64,000 nucleotides of DNA, from the NCBI RefSeq assembly GCF_963853765.1, contig NC_088860.1, positions 23,126,001 to 23,190,000 of the forward strand, read 5' to 3'. A model generated the notes under the pieces. The model was not told the origin of the DNA, did no database searches, and was given only the letters and a program-made list of their open reading frames with translations. Shown one piece after another: positions 11,952 through 25,666 of the stretch. How positions within the stretch are numbered: position 1 is the first letter of the stretch; the number at the start of each line of letters is the position of its first letter. The position numbers were made by a program, and so were the translations under genes. The stretch comes from Magallana gigas. Lineage: Eukaryota.

Positions 11952-12423
11952 ATAATATTGAAAAATTCAATAAGCAGGAATAGTGTAACCTTGTACATCG
12001 ATAACATCCGTACATATGTCAACTTTGATCTGAATTTGTTAATGACAACGATTTCAAAGACTTTCTGAAGGGAATTATTTTGAGTAAAGTGTATAGGTAG
12101 TTTAATATTAAACTAAAGAAGCTCTAAGGAAGGCATACAAAGAAAGAATAGCATAAACGACATCTGCAATCTGTAGACTGTGAAATACGACGAAATATGG
12201 ATTCATTTTCGTTTTAAACATTTCAACGTATAATTAAGGGACTATTTTCTTGTGAATTTTTATCAGCAATTAAAACGATAGTTGACTAAATGAAATAAAA
12301 CACTGCTTGAAATATTAACAGAATCTTTTATAATTTACAAAGAAAGCAGCATATTATAGTACAATATCTTTCTATAAGTATTCAAGATAAATAAATACAA
12401 AATGTTATTTCTGCTTTCCGTGT

Positions 12424-15400
12424 TCATCCAACCAAAAATCCTAAGGCAGGAGAGTTACTATGAATAAAGAAAAGAAAACATTTAAAACGACACACAATCA
12501 CCATTACGTAAACTGTATCAAACGTCGACATCATGCTGCAATGAAATTGCTTTTGCATATGCATATACTTTTATGAAATTTCTTGTCTGACAAAATTGAC
12601 GAAAAATAATAAAACAGCAATTCTGATAAGTAATTGATTGACCATAAAGAAAATTATTTTGAGAATATTTGAAAAGCATATTCATTGATAAGGTGTGTTC
12701 CAGGTATCATCCTAGGTAATGACTAATCTCATAGTGATAACTATATTTAATTATTTTATATTATAATATTTTTTTATCATTTATTTACTTAAAATCAAGC
12801 TAGGTGGTCTTCATAAATCAATCATACTTACGCGTCTTTTTCACAAATAAACGGATTTCGATTAGTGCAACTCTCATCATTCCAGAAAAACTGCGCGTAG
12901 TAATACAAGCATAGACAGTGCTCTGTTCCATAACTATTGCTGGGGGATCCCCGCGCCCAGTTAGTGTAGTTGATTGGAGTGTTGCTGGTCATCCACTTCC
13001 ATTTACCCTCCGCCATTACGTCGCTACCGCCAATCCAAAACGACCCTCTACCGGCTTATTCAGTGCAACAACATGATATGATATTTTGTTAATTAAATGT
13101 AGATGTATCGAACGAATAATATGGCAACTTTGAATGAAATCATCATTGGAAGGTGATAATTTTTTATACTAGGTTGAAAATATTACTTAATAAAGTGCAG
13201 TTGTTAGTGTTTCTTTTATTCAAATGATCTTGTTTTACCGGGTGTGTTACGTGTGTTTCATGAGGAACATACCTCCGTAAATATTTGCTTCATGACGCAG
13301 AAACGTTTCTTCGACGGCAGTTTCCACCTCTGCCAGTTTGGCATCAAACGTCTCACAAAAAGTCTAAACGAAAATAACAACAAATCCCCACATAGAGTTT
13401 AACATCGCCACACCCCCCCCCCCCCAAAAAAATGAAAGTAACCCCTCCCCCACCCCAAAAAATGATTTACAACGAAAAACCATGGGTTAACGTATACTGG
13501 ATGCAGCTTGAGAATAACGAAACATAATGAAAACAACAAAGTGTCCTATAAGTTCGGTACTAGTACTTAAAAATAGAAACTAGGGATATCAGTTTTACTT
13601 TGGCTTAGTCGATTAATCGTGGGCTTTACTCGAGCCATAGTCGAGTACTCGTACATTGATTTGAATTCATGTGTCCTTTTCAAACCAAATAATGCTACTG
13701 TGACATAAATCTTATCTTTAAAACTTACTTATTATAATTCAATGTATGTATTAAGGTCAAGATCTAGTTAATGATCCAAAGTGTCTTTTTGGTGCTAGAA
13801 CCATTATGACGTCATAATTGATTTGAAGAGTCTTTCCTGTACATTACGGCTTTTAAGAAATTATGTAGAAAATTAAACAAATTTTTGGCATTTTATATTA
13901 AATCGTGGGAAAAGTTATCCCGGTACCTATATTGAATTTGCCACCATTTTAAAGAGGAGGTTAAGAGATTGTTTATAGTCGATTACGGAGAGACTGTAGG
14001 CATTCTATATATATTTCATTAGTCAAAAATGGAAAAAACTCCGAGATTTGTTACTTTAATCCTTCATATTTCAAAGAAAATGTTTGTTTAAAACATGATT
14101 TTTCATTGTGATTACCAAAAATTGGGTAAATCACTTACTCACGCCCGTATCTAACATCACAGATGCAAGATGAAACATTATATAAATAGTGCCTGTTTGG
14201 GAGGGTAACAGTTGAAATTGACACCCCGATAAAACCATTGTCAACCGACGCGAAGCGGAGGTTGACAATGGTTTTCGAGGGGTGTCAATTTCAACTGTTA
14301 TCCTCCCAAACAGGCACTATCTATTTTGTTATACTGAATGTCTTAATTTTTAAGAAAATTTTACTGCTTTTATATAGGGTTGACGTGAATTCTACAGCGA
14401 ACCGTACGTGCATAATTTTCGCGCATGTAACATTTTTTAATGCTACCCGTTGCTAAGTGCGTTGCTAACGCTGAGGTTATTAGAAAGAATTATGAACTGC
14501 GTCTGAACCAGATTTCAGTATTTAACATGAAAGTATAACAAAGTTTTTAATGATAACATGTGACTTTTTATAACGAGACGCTACTTATTTATGTGAACAT
14601 GCAAGTCAAAAACAAATTAGATTCATGGTATTAGTTATTAACTCAAAGCGTTGTTTTATATGAAGTAAATTTTAGTTATTGATCAGGTCCTGGGGAATCG
14701 ATTTAAATCGAGTGAATGAGTAAATAAACAATAAAAAAGTAAAGATTTAATCTAAATTTGAATCTAAGAGCAAATTCACCGCGATATGACAAAATATGGT
14801 AAAGTTAAATCTATTGATACATTCATTTACAAACTTTTGCAGGGTTGTTTTCTATCTCAAGTTTGTTTCGATTTCAAAACTAAATGCAGGATCAGGTAAA
14901 ATTTCACAACTATTAAACGCAAGAAACTAATATCTAAGTAATATTGCGATAAGCTCATTTCATTTTTTCAGACAGGTATAAACTAAATAAAACTAGGATA
15001 ACTTCATTCGCGAATTCATATTCTCGCGACTTGATGTACAATGGTTGAATCGCGGAGTTATGTACTCGCGTAAAATAAGAAATCTACAATATTTTAACAA
15101 AAAGCTAACCATTGCGTCGATCCATTCCATGATATATCGATTTATGAACAAGTAACATGAGTCCGCATGACGTACCCAGTTGTCAGGACATTCCGCAGAT
15201 GCACATAATATTTCTGTAAGAGTGAAATCAAACCACTTACATTGCACTTGGATCATAAAATATTTTCACTATTTGAAGAAGGAAAATGCCTGATTTATAT
15301 GTAATTCTAGATCCTAATAATTGAGTCCTCTCCAAAGACCAAATTAACTATTCAAATACGTCTTAATATATCTTATTTATCATTTCACAAATTAATGTTG

Positions 15401-15485
15401 CATTAATAATATATTGAGTATCTTTACAGAATATGTTTTAAACCTTACCGAAGACCATACATATGAGCAGATAAGAAATCTTCAT
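12424..15485 (-). CDS. CTL-C: secreted C-type lectin, 162 aa (SPS/WND)
   Basis: Exons 15449-15485, 15110-15213, 13273-13363, 12832-13054 and 12424-12457, GT-AG and in phase. Product: MKISYLLICMVFEILCASAECPDNW..SCYLF..WIDAMTFCETFDAKLAEVET..FWIGGSD..SPSNSYGTEHC..WNDESC..FICEKDANSPALGFLVG. Confidence 0.9.
14175..14540 (+). mobile_element. Truncated copy of the 622-bp double-hairpin element at 56112-56733, in CTL-C intron 2
   Basis: Near-identical to 56112-56480, including the roughly 140-bp hairpin with tip aacc-ga-cgc-gaa-gcg-ga-ggtt. Confidence 0.85.
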
Positions 15486-16824
15486 GACAACAAACAGACT
15501 CACTGTGAGACTAATAGATTATTAGGTTACCAGGACAGTGTTGATAAGACTCTCTATCCAAAGGTAGTCACAAAGTCACTGTGTATTCGAAGACTGATTG
15601 GTACCATGAAATTATATAAAATATTAAAAATCAGTTCCTGGCTCAAAAAATTATTTGAATATAATTGCTACACTGATCAAATTTTTGCAAAAAAATGCTG
15701 AACTTAAAGCAAGCTTAAGACATTTCTAATTTCAGAATACCTTTAAAAAATCGTGGTTCATGATAAAATTGGTGTAATTGCAAAAAAGAAAATGAAACTT
15801 TAGAAATTAAAAAAAAGGAAAAGTTAATAACAAAAAGATTGACACCAACCAACTGTCATCTGTAGATTGTGATTGGCTCTTTTTTTATTTATACCATTAC
15901 GTAAAGCATGTATAATTCATTCAAAAATTGTGAAGAAGAGTGATCAATAAACAATTTTTTTCTTCAAAATTTATCAAATCATCTTCGATATTTTTTTCAT
16001 TTATATAAAAAGTAGATTCGGCCGCATCTACACTAGAAAGATAACAAATAATAAAGAATGCATTTCTATACAATCTGCATTAAGATAAAGATATCAATTC
16101 TATCATCTAAGTAAAACAAAATGTTCTATGGGATATGAATAAAATGAACACCAGCTGTTAGCTGGCTGTTATCCACTAACTTGCTGCTTATATAACACTA
16201 GGTCCACTACTGATAAGATTCAATGTCATCTTCCATTGCTTCTCAGTTCAATAGATTTATTGTAAAATTGCATTGTTACTCTTACTTTTGCACTTTTCAG
16301 TTCTATTTTTTTTTTAAATAAGCGATCAATTCCCATGTTTTAAAAATTGAAATTGATACTTTTGTCTGTTTGGTTTTGCCATCATTTAACTAAATGTGGT
16401 TTACCCTAGGTTAGTACTAAAGTGATGTTTCAGTTTTGTGAATGTTATATATTCCATATGTTTTATAAGTTTTTCCTGCCGTGAAGAAATAAGCCGAGCT
16501 AATATATATATATTACTTTTCTCCACTCATATAAAATCCACCTCAAAAATGTTGGTTTTAAAAGTTTTGGTTCTTCTATTTCAAAGGAGTCGTTTTAAGA
16601 TGCAAAGTTTGTCCATCTTATGTAGTATCATTTAATAGTTGTTATAACCAAACGAACAGATGAAATCCGAAAAGCTTAATGGGTGGAGTAATTTTCAAAT
16701 ACCAACTACATGTATGGTACATTATTTCTCTCCAAATTTTGGTAAAATTAAAGAAATAAAGAATGTTTTCTTTTTTATTCAAAAAACATCAATGTGATAA
16801 TAGATTGTCGTGTTCATCACAGCA

Positions 16825-19800
16825 TTATCCAACCAACATTCCAATGACCGGAGAGCTCCTACAAATACGAATAAAATGAAATGAATTTATGTATATTTTT
16901 GGTACATGTGTAGTATAATCTCTCTAGTCCTTGGTTCCCTATTGTGCGTTTTGTGTAGATATTAATTTTCCATATTTGTGAATAATAGGGGCCATGATTG
17001 CATTCAGCACCACATGTAATATTCCTGAAATGACATGTTTATAAATGACCGCCTGTTTTGTTAAATATATTTTCGTCATTTACTAAATATATGACACATT
17101 CATTATTATACATGTGTCAAAAATGAAGTGAATAGAAATGTTAATCGAGTTACGATAGCAAACACTTTACAAAAGTGCTGTCATAGTATCTAATAAGAAA
17201 TCGTTTTATGTTTATTTTTATTTTTGTAAAACTTAAGTTTAAATGTGTCTCGTATTAAAATTTACAAAATAAGAAACCCTTTAAACTAAACATTTAGTGG
17301 TGCATTTTTGGAAAAAAATGTCAGTATCAATCCATTATTTTCGTTAAAAGTACCATCAAAAGTAATTTAGCTAAATAGATCATCAGCAGTGAATACTCTT
17401 TCAAATTTTGACCTATGAACAGGCGTGTAACAAATAAGATGACAGAGATGTTAAGTTTATATATTTACGTCTCTTTTTCACAAATGAATGGAAGAACGGT
17501 ATCGCATCGTTCATCATTCCAGTGACGGCTGGTATAGAATAACATGTCCATGCAATGTTCTCCTCCATTTATATTGTTTGGTTCTCCATCGTTCCAGTTA
17601 GTATAGTGGACTGGAGTGTGGCTCGTCATCCACATCCATTTACCTTCCGCAATCAAATCGCTACCGCCGATCCAAAACGATTTTTCAAGGGCTTAATCCA
17701 AAACAACAAAACTATATTATTTGTTGTTTTTAATTCGATTGACACATTTGATAGCATTTTTTGTTTGTATTTTTTTAAGGTAAAATTTTATGACACTCTG
17801 AAAAATAAAGATGACCAAAAAATTAATTTTTAATTTAAATGAAACAAAAGACTTATACCCGTTAAGTTTGCATATGGCTTCTGGAATTTCGAGGGTACTA
17901 ATACCCGAGACTGTTTTAAAATTGTCCGTATTGAATAAAATCGCAGTAATATTAACTCAAGATTTGCCTCCCACCTTTGATTAATTAAGAATTTCTAATA
18001 ATTCGTTGGGAAAATTTATTCATAGAATAAAAATTAAGCCAAAGAGAATCTTATTTATTCCGAATATGAAGAATTCATTGTAATCTTTGAATCAAAGGTT
18101 ACGGAAATTATCTTATGTCTTACTAAATTTATATCTTGCTTATATCTAATTTATATCTTGCTAAATTGTAAGGAAATCATTGGTTAACAGCAGTCACCTG
18201 GAGACCATATATATCCCATAAATAGTCAGTACGAAATATATCTCCCCTTTAACATTATGACGTCATTCTAAGAATATTATGGCGTCTGGTTTCGTACTCA
18301 AATTGAAACTTGTAATATTGTTATTAAAGCTCAGTTTTCATTGTTTTATTCACTTTTATCATTTAAACAAAGGTAGTCGGTAAGATATAATCGTTACATG
18401 GTTTGTAGTTGAGCTAATATGGTATATACATGGTCTTTGAATTCCATATGGGGGCTGGAGCTCCGCTCTCTCCGCTCTCGCCCCATATGGAATTAACCAT
18501 GTATAAACCATATATGCATATGACCCTTGAGCCAAGGATTTTTTTCACATAAATATTGCAATTGGCTTTCATCTTTTTACATTACCTACACAGTTTGTCA
18601 ATTTATTAATAACGAATGTCATTTCATTGGGTACATGTATAACAGTGATTAATGCATGGATAAGTACAAATATACATGTATATATATACACTACTTTTAA
18701 TTTGTAATGGACGTAAAGTTCGATACACTGTAGGTTCCAATTATATTTGAAATATCAACAGTAATATTAATTGTGGGCACATTTAAATGTATTCATGAGT
18801 ATATTTTAAATGGAACATACCTTTGTAGACGTTTGCTTCATGACGTAAAAACGTGTCCTCTGGAGCGGTTTCCACTTCTGCCAGTTTGGCATCGAAAGTC
18901 TTACAGAAGGTCTAAACAATAACATAAAGCATTGGAAGTTAAACGTCATCAACATAAACAACAGCTACGACAAACCAAATCAATGTTTAACAAAGGAAAG
19001 ACGACAAAAAGTTTTAAAGACGGTAATACAGAAAATGTATCAAAAAGAAAAGACAGATTTCTTATCAAGGGTACGATAAAAGTCAATTAAAAAAACACAA
19101 GTCTAAAATTTGGAGAAAGTCACAGTTGGTCTACAAATGGAATGAAAACACATTGATTATGTGTAAAATTATGCCATGCAGTACGTGTACAAACTATTTT
19201 TATTTACCTTAATAGACTTCCCTGATCAATATTTGTACCTTGTAATTCAATCCAGACAACTTTCAAGTAAACAAGTAGACCCTTCTCTCAGTTTGACCTC
19301 TCCCGAACCTCTAAGGTTTCATTTATTACTTATCTTGAAATTCGTTCGGAGTACTTTGAATGTATACATGCATTGATTGATTCAATATAAATAGCCTCCG
19401 CTTTCATCAGGTAAATTTTGTATTTTTTATCGATCTATTCCATTCTCTAACTCACAGAGGTATTAAATAATAAGAATCAACATATCTTATAACAACGTAA
19501 TTAATTTCTAGTTTATTTATTACTCATATTTTCTGTATACATGTGCTTAAAGCAGCGTTGTCATGATTTTGGTCAAATTTTTTTTTTTTTCCATTTTAAT
19601 GTTTACAAGCTAATGTCAACAAATTAGCTTGAAAAAGATTTTTTACTGGTAAATTGAACCTCTGTAAACAAAAACAGAGCACGAACCTTGTTTACATGAC
19701 AAAGAACTCTGGGCCCTATATCTTTCTGATAACATAACTCAACGATCGACTCTCAATTTTCATTTCATCATTAGAAATGCATTCCTAAAGCATTGTTAAT

Positions 19801-21623
19801 GATAATCAAAGTACTGAAGTACTGTCGGGAGTTGATTTTCTCGATTATCATTTATTCAAAATCAACCATATGTGATTTTGCATGGCAAGTAGTATCAGTA
19901 ATAGAAATATTTCTGAGAAATTGTATGGATCCAGGCAAGATTAAACTCTTGTCTTGTTTAACCAAACGCTTGGCTGTGTCTGTTTATCTCCGAAAAGCAA
20001 TAGAGACTCTGTTTTGTCGGATATTAACGAAGACAGCCAAGCGTCTGGTTGAACGAGACTACATTGAACTCTAGCGTAGGAATACATACGACTTTAAAAA
20101 ATATCTAAGCTGCTTGTACAATTTAAAATCTTACTATTTTCATGGTATTGATAAATAAGTTTTCTTGGAAAAACAATGCTTCATAATACATATCATCGAA
20201 TTTATCGATTATTTTCAGGAACTAAGTGGTGTCAGCGGTATTGATTTATGCTTAGGTCCAAACACTGTTTCACTTTCGCTTTGCCCGAGTAAGTGCAGAG
20301 GAGAGTTGATTAAAATCAACTCCCAAAAATAGAAAAATAGAAATTGACCAAATCGTAACCATGCCCCTTTAAATATCTATCTTAAAATTTTGATATTCTG
20401 TTAACACCTATTTTCCTTAGAACATGGAAAAACAAATATAAAAATGTGCATGGATTGTGTTTTCATGTTTTCAACTTTAGAAACAAGTACCAAATGAAAA
20501 GTTCACTGGGATACGACGATTGTTGATACATGTAATTATTATTATGATCAATTCCCTCTAGATGACTTCTGATTATGCACCGATAAGCTTTATCAGAGAA
20601 TTAAAAAAACATATCAGCTATGCATCACCAATGAAGATTGTTAGGATGTAATTTTAAACTAGTTTGACATCTAGCTAATCTTTTTGGTTATCTTTATGAT
20701 AAAAATAAGACAACTGATCAATACTGGGTATAAAGTTTGCCCATGCACTTTTATTTTTACATTTTAAAAACTGCTCTATGATGAATGTATATTTAGTTAA
20801 TCAACTTGAAAGGCAATAGATTCGATCCTGGATTTTTGTTTCTCCATATCCTAATCGGAATGTAAAACTTTGGACTTTCATCGCAAATATGAAATACCTT
20901 AAATCCAAACATATTGTTTAGAACTTCTCTTTACCATCATGGTGAATATTCAGAGTAGTGACAACCAACGCACCATTGCTTCAATCCATTGCATTGGGTA
21001 TCGAGTCATGAACAAGTAACATGAGTCTGCAAAACGTATCCAGTTGTCCGGACAATCTGCAGATATACCAAATGTCCCTAAAAGTTAATTAATCCCATTC
21101 TTCATAAAATTAGATGTCATGCTCTAAGCTTTTTTTTAATACGTTTTGCAGTATCATCTCAGTTTCAAAATCAAAGTTTAATCGAACTAAAAAAACTGCA
21201 TTACATTTATTAGTTTTTTATATCCATCAACCCAAACGTTTTAAGGATAAAATCAAGAAAGTGTTGTTTTTTTAATTAAAACAACAAAATTGTGCATCTG
21301 CCGTGAAAAAGTTACACTGGATCTTAGACTCGTTACCATTAAAAAGGAAAAATATACCGAAGCACCATTTATTTTGCTATATCCAATAGTTTTTCAGAGA
21401 AACTTGGATTTACCAAATGTTCACAAAAACAGTTGATCGTAATTTTCTGTCATTTGACCAGTAAATTATTTTTGATAGACCTTTTTGTCTTTAAACATAA
21501 TCATATGCTTGTTCATGTGCTTATATAATCTGATATAATCATATTATCTGGCAACTTTTTAAAACAAAAACACTGAAACTTACCAAAAACGAGATAAATA
21601 TACAGATAAAGGTGTTTCTTCAT
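16825..21623 (-). CDS. CTL-D: secreted C-type lectin, 163 aa (EPN/WND)
   Basis: Exons 21584-21623, 20974-21077, 18821-18911, 17469-17691 and 16825-16858. Product: MKKHLYLYIYLVFGTFGISADCPDNW..WIEAMTFCKTFDAKLAEVET..FWIGGSD..EPNNINGGEHC..WNDERC..FICEKETSSPVIGMLVG. Confidence 0.92.
18417..18513. mobile_element. Foldback remnant in CTL-D intron 3
   Basis: atatggt(a)tatacatggt..aattccatatgggg / ccccatatggaatt..accatgtataaaccatat with a GC-rich loop. Confidence 0.65.
19551..20368. mobile_element. TTAA-flanked Kolobok-like MITE with a second element nested inside (about 19805-20324)
   Basis: TTAA at both ends; TIR ..catgattttggtcaaattt / aaattgaccaaatcgtaaccatgcccct. Body matches the copies at 39032 and 60583. 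The inner piece is bounded by gggagttgatttt / aaaatcaactccc, a terminus also present at about 46473-46505. Confidence 0.65.
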
Positions 21624-22656
21624 TGTATAGCTAATACGTTCAATGGAAAATGAATGGTAACAAACTATATCAGCTGTACATGTGCAGATGATAAGAATAA
21701 AAGCCCGTGTCAAACGTTAATGCACACGTTTTATTCAAGGACAACTGACCTTATTTTCTTTTATGCTAACACTTGCGCAGCAAGAAAGAAATCTTGAGAT
21801 GCACGAAAAATATCAAAATGACGTCACAACCACTAAATGCTTATATAGCACCATACGTAGCTGAAGGAAATAATCAAAGCATGTACTAATTGATCTTTCT
21901 GCATGCATTGTTATTATTTTGTTATTTTATGTATCAATATAACCGTTATGTCTTGTATTTAATTTGAATCTGCTAGTCACTTACGCCTTTTCTTTTAAGA
22001 TGTACAGTATTATATTTGTACAATTTTTTTTATACTTGCATATTTCGGGTTTCTATTTTTTTTGGTTGCTTTTATTTTAAATGTAATTCTGCATACCGGT
22101 AATTTGTGATGTTTCTTCATATTATTATCTAGCAGTTGCACTTTGCAATAAAGAAGCGTTCAATTCTCATGTTTTAAAAATTGAAATAATTTTTTTTTTA
22201 TTTTTTTGCCATCATCAAAAAGTTGTTTACTCAAGGTTGGAACTAAAGTGATGTAAATGTAAGATATTCCATAATGTTTCATTAATTTTTCCTGTCATAT
22301 AGAGATAAGGCGAACTAAAGATATTTTTTTCCATTCGTATAAAATCAACGTCAAAAAATGTTGCTTTTAAAAGTCTAGGTTCTTCTATCTGAAAGGAGTC
22401 GTTTTTTTATGCAAATTTTGTCCATTTTATGTAGAATCATTTAACCTACTGTAACAGTTGTTATGACTAAACGAGGCGATAAAACCCCGAAAGCAATGGG
22501 CTATTTCATGAGTGGAGAAATTTTCAAAAACCAACTACATGTACATTATGTCTCTCCAAACTGTGTTAAAATAACAGAAATATAGAATGCTTTCTCTTTT
22601 ATTCAATAAACATCAATGTGATAATAGATTGTCGTGTTCAGCACAGCATTATCCCT

Positions 22657-25600
22657 TTATCCAACCAACATTCCTAAGGCCGGAGAGCTCCTACGAATAC
22701 GAATAAAATGAAATAAATTAATGTATTGTTTTTGGTACATGTGTTGCATAATCTCTCTAGTCCTTGGTTCCCTATTGTACGTTTTGTGAAGATATTCATT
22801 TTTCATATGGGTGAATAATAAAGACCATGATTACATTCAGCGCCACACGTATTATTACTGTAATAACATGTTTATAAATGACAGCCTGTTTTGTATATGT
22901 CTATATATATATCTATTTTTTTTCGACATTTATTAAATAAATGACATATTCATTTTTATACATGTATCAAAAGGTAAGCTCAATTGAAAACAAAGGAACA
23001 TAAATGAAATGAATTAAGATGTTAATCGAAAAATGAAATTAATTAAAATGTTAATCGAGTTACTGTAGTAATCACGTTACAAAAGTGATGACATATTATC
23101 TAAAAAGAAATATTTTCAATAGAGTTTTCATGTTTATTTTTAAGTTTGTGAAACTCAAGGTTTAATTCGTCTGGGTTTGTCGTATCAAAATTAACAAAAT
23201 TAGAAACCCTTTAAACTAAATAACTAGTGCTGCATTTTAGAAAGAAGAAATTTAAATATCAATGTATCATTTTCGTTAAAAGTACCATCCAAAGTCATGT
23301 AGCTAACTAAATCTTCAGCTATGAATACTCTTTTCAATTTTGACCATAAACAAGCGCATAACGTTGAAGATGACACAGCTATTAAAAGGTTACATATTTA
23401 CGTCTCTTTTTCACAAATAAATGGAAGAACAGTTTTGCATCGTTCATCATTCCAGTGATAGTCGGTGTAGAACAACAGGCTCATGCAATGTTCTCCTCCA
23501 AATTCATTGCTTGGTTCTCCATGGGCCCAGTTAGTGTAGTGGAGTGGAGTGTGGCTCGTCATCCACATCCATTTACCTTCCGAAATCAAATCGTTACCGC
23601 CGATCCAAAACGATTCCTTATAGGCTTAATCGAAAACAACAACACAATATTATATTTTGTTGATAAATAAATTTTTATTTCAAGTAATGGTTTTAACAGC
23701 ATTTTCAGTTTGAAAATAAAAAAAAAAAGATAAATTTTGATGACACTCCCAAAAATCAAATTGACAAAAAAAAAAAATCAAATTAAATGAAACAAAAGAC
23801 TTATATCAAGTTTATAACTTCTGGAATTTCGAGGGTAATAATACCCGAGACTGCTTTTTAATTGATTATCCGTATTGAAAAAATTGCAGTTATATCATTT
23901 CAAGATTTTCCATCCAACAATGATTAATCTAAATGATTTTTTTTTAATTTTTCGTTGGGAAACTTTATTAATATAGTATAACCATTAAGCAAAAAAAATC
24001 TTAATCATCTCGAATATTAAGAATTCACTGTAACCTTTGATTTTTGAACCAAAATCTAAGGATATAATTTAATGCTATAGAAAGTATGAAATTTCAATTT
24101 GATGTATATGATCCACGAGCCAAGGCTTATTTCACCTAAATATTGCAATACACTTTCATCTTTTTAAATTATTTTAGTCAACTTATTGATTATGAATGTC
24201 ATATTTTGGGGTACACGTATAACGATAATTAATGCATAAAAAGATACAAATATACACTACTTTTTATCTGTAATAAACATAAAGTTCGATACACTAGTAC
24301 TGTAGGTTTTTAAAAAATACGTTCGAAATTTTAAAGAGATTGTGTGCACATTTAAAATGGAATTATGAGTATGTTTTATACTGAACATACCTCCGTAGAC
24401 GCGTGCTTCATGACGGATAAACGTGTCCTCGGGATGCGTTTCCACCTCTGCGAGTTTGGCATCGAAAGTCTTACAGAAGGTCTTCACAATAAAAACAACA
24501 AAAAGCACTGGGAGATAAACGCCATCAACATGAACAACAGCAGTAACAAAACAAACGGAAAGTCGGAGATACAGAAAAGGTCTAATTATTCGAGAAACTC
24601 ACAGGAAGTCTATCAATGGATTAAAAACGCTTTGATTGTATAAAATTGTGCCATGTAGTACAGGGAATTCAAAAGCATATTAGCTTTGCGTCACCAGCGA
24701 AAATTGTTATAGAATGTTATTCATCTAGATTGTAGCTGGCATCTTTTTTATTCTATTGATGATAATTAAGACAACTAAACGACACTGGGTATGCTGTTTG
24801 TCCATGACCATTTATTTTCACATTTTAAAAACTACTCTATAATTAATGTATATTAATGTCAATAAACTTGATAGACATTGGTTTCGATCTTGAATCTTCG
24901 TCTTTCCATATCTTAATCGGGTTGTAAAACCTTGGACTTTCATCACAAATATGAAATAACCTAACTCCAAACATATTGTTTAAAACTTCTCTCCACCATC
25001 ATGGTGAATATTCAGAGTAGTGACACCCAACGCACCATTGCTTCAATCCATTGCATTGGGTATCGAGTCATGAACAAGTAACATGAGTCTGCAAAACGTA
25101 TCCAGTTGTCCGGACAATCCGCAGATATACTAGATGTCCCTAAAAGTTAAACAAGCTCATTCTTCATAAAATTAAAGGTCATACTTGGTGCTATTTTTGA
25201 TAATTTTTGCGGTATCATCCCAGTTGCTAAAATTGAAGTTTAATCTGATATCCATCGATTCTAACTTTTTGAAGGATAAAATCATTGAACGTGCATTTTG
25301 AAATCAAAACAAAAACATTTGCACCTGCAGAAAAAAAGTTACACTTGGTCTTCAACTCTTTACCAATTAAAAGGAAAAAATACTAATAATAGCACCATTT
25401 ATTTTGCTATAATTATTATGCCCAAAAAGTTTTCCAGAGAAATTTGGATGCACAAAATGTTCAGAGAATCAGTTGACTGTATATTTTAAAACTATACTTA
25501 ATAGACCTTTTTGTCTTTAAACATATGGTTTAAAGACAAAATTGTTCATATGCTTGTTTGTTGCAGTAGTACTGACCATCATGTATATAATCTGACTACT

Positions 25601-25666
25601 TTTTAAAACAAAACACTGAAACTTACCAAAAACGAGATAAATAAAAAGAAAAAAGTGTTTCTTCAT
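22657..25666 (-). CDS. CTL-E: secreted C-type lectin, 163 aa (EPS/WND)
   Basis: Exons 25627-25666, 25036-25139, 24391-24481, 23402-23624 and 22657-22690. Product: MKKHFFLFIYLVFGTSSISADCPDNW..FWIGGND..EPSNEFGGEHC..WNDERC..FICEKETSSPALGMLVG. Confidence 0.92.

Noticed and set aside
21819-21826. TGACGTCA (CRE) upstream of CTL-D
   Set aside because: Not conserved in CTL-E (TGACGTTA), and the same octamer recurs in intronic or repeat DNA elsewhere (near 11638, 13807, 18259, 45353).
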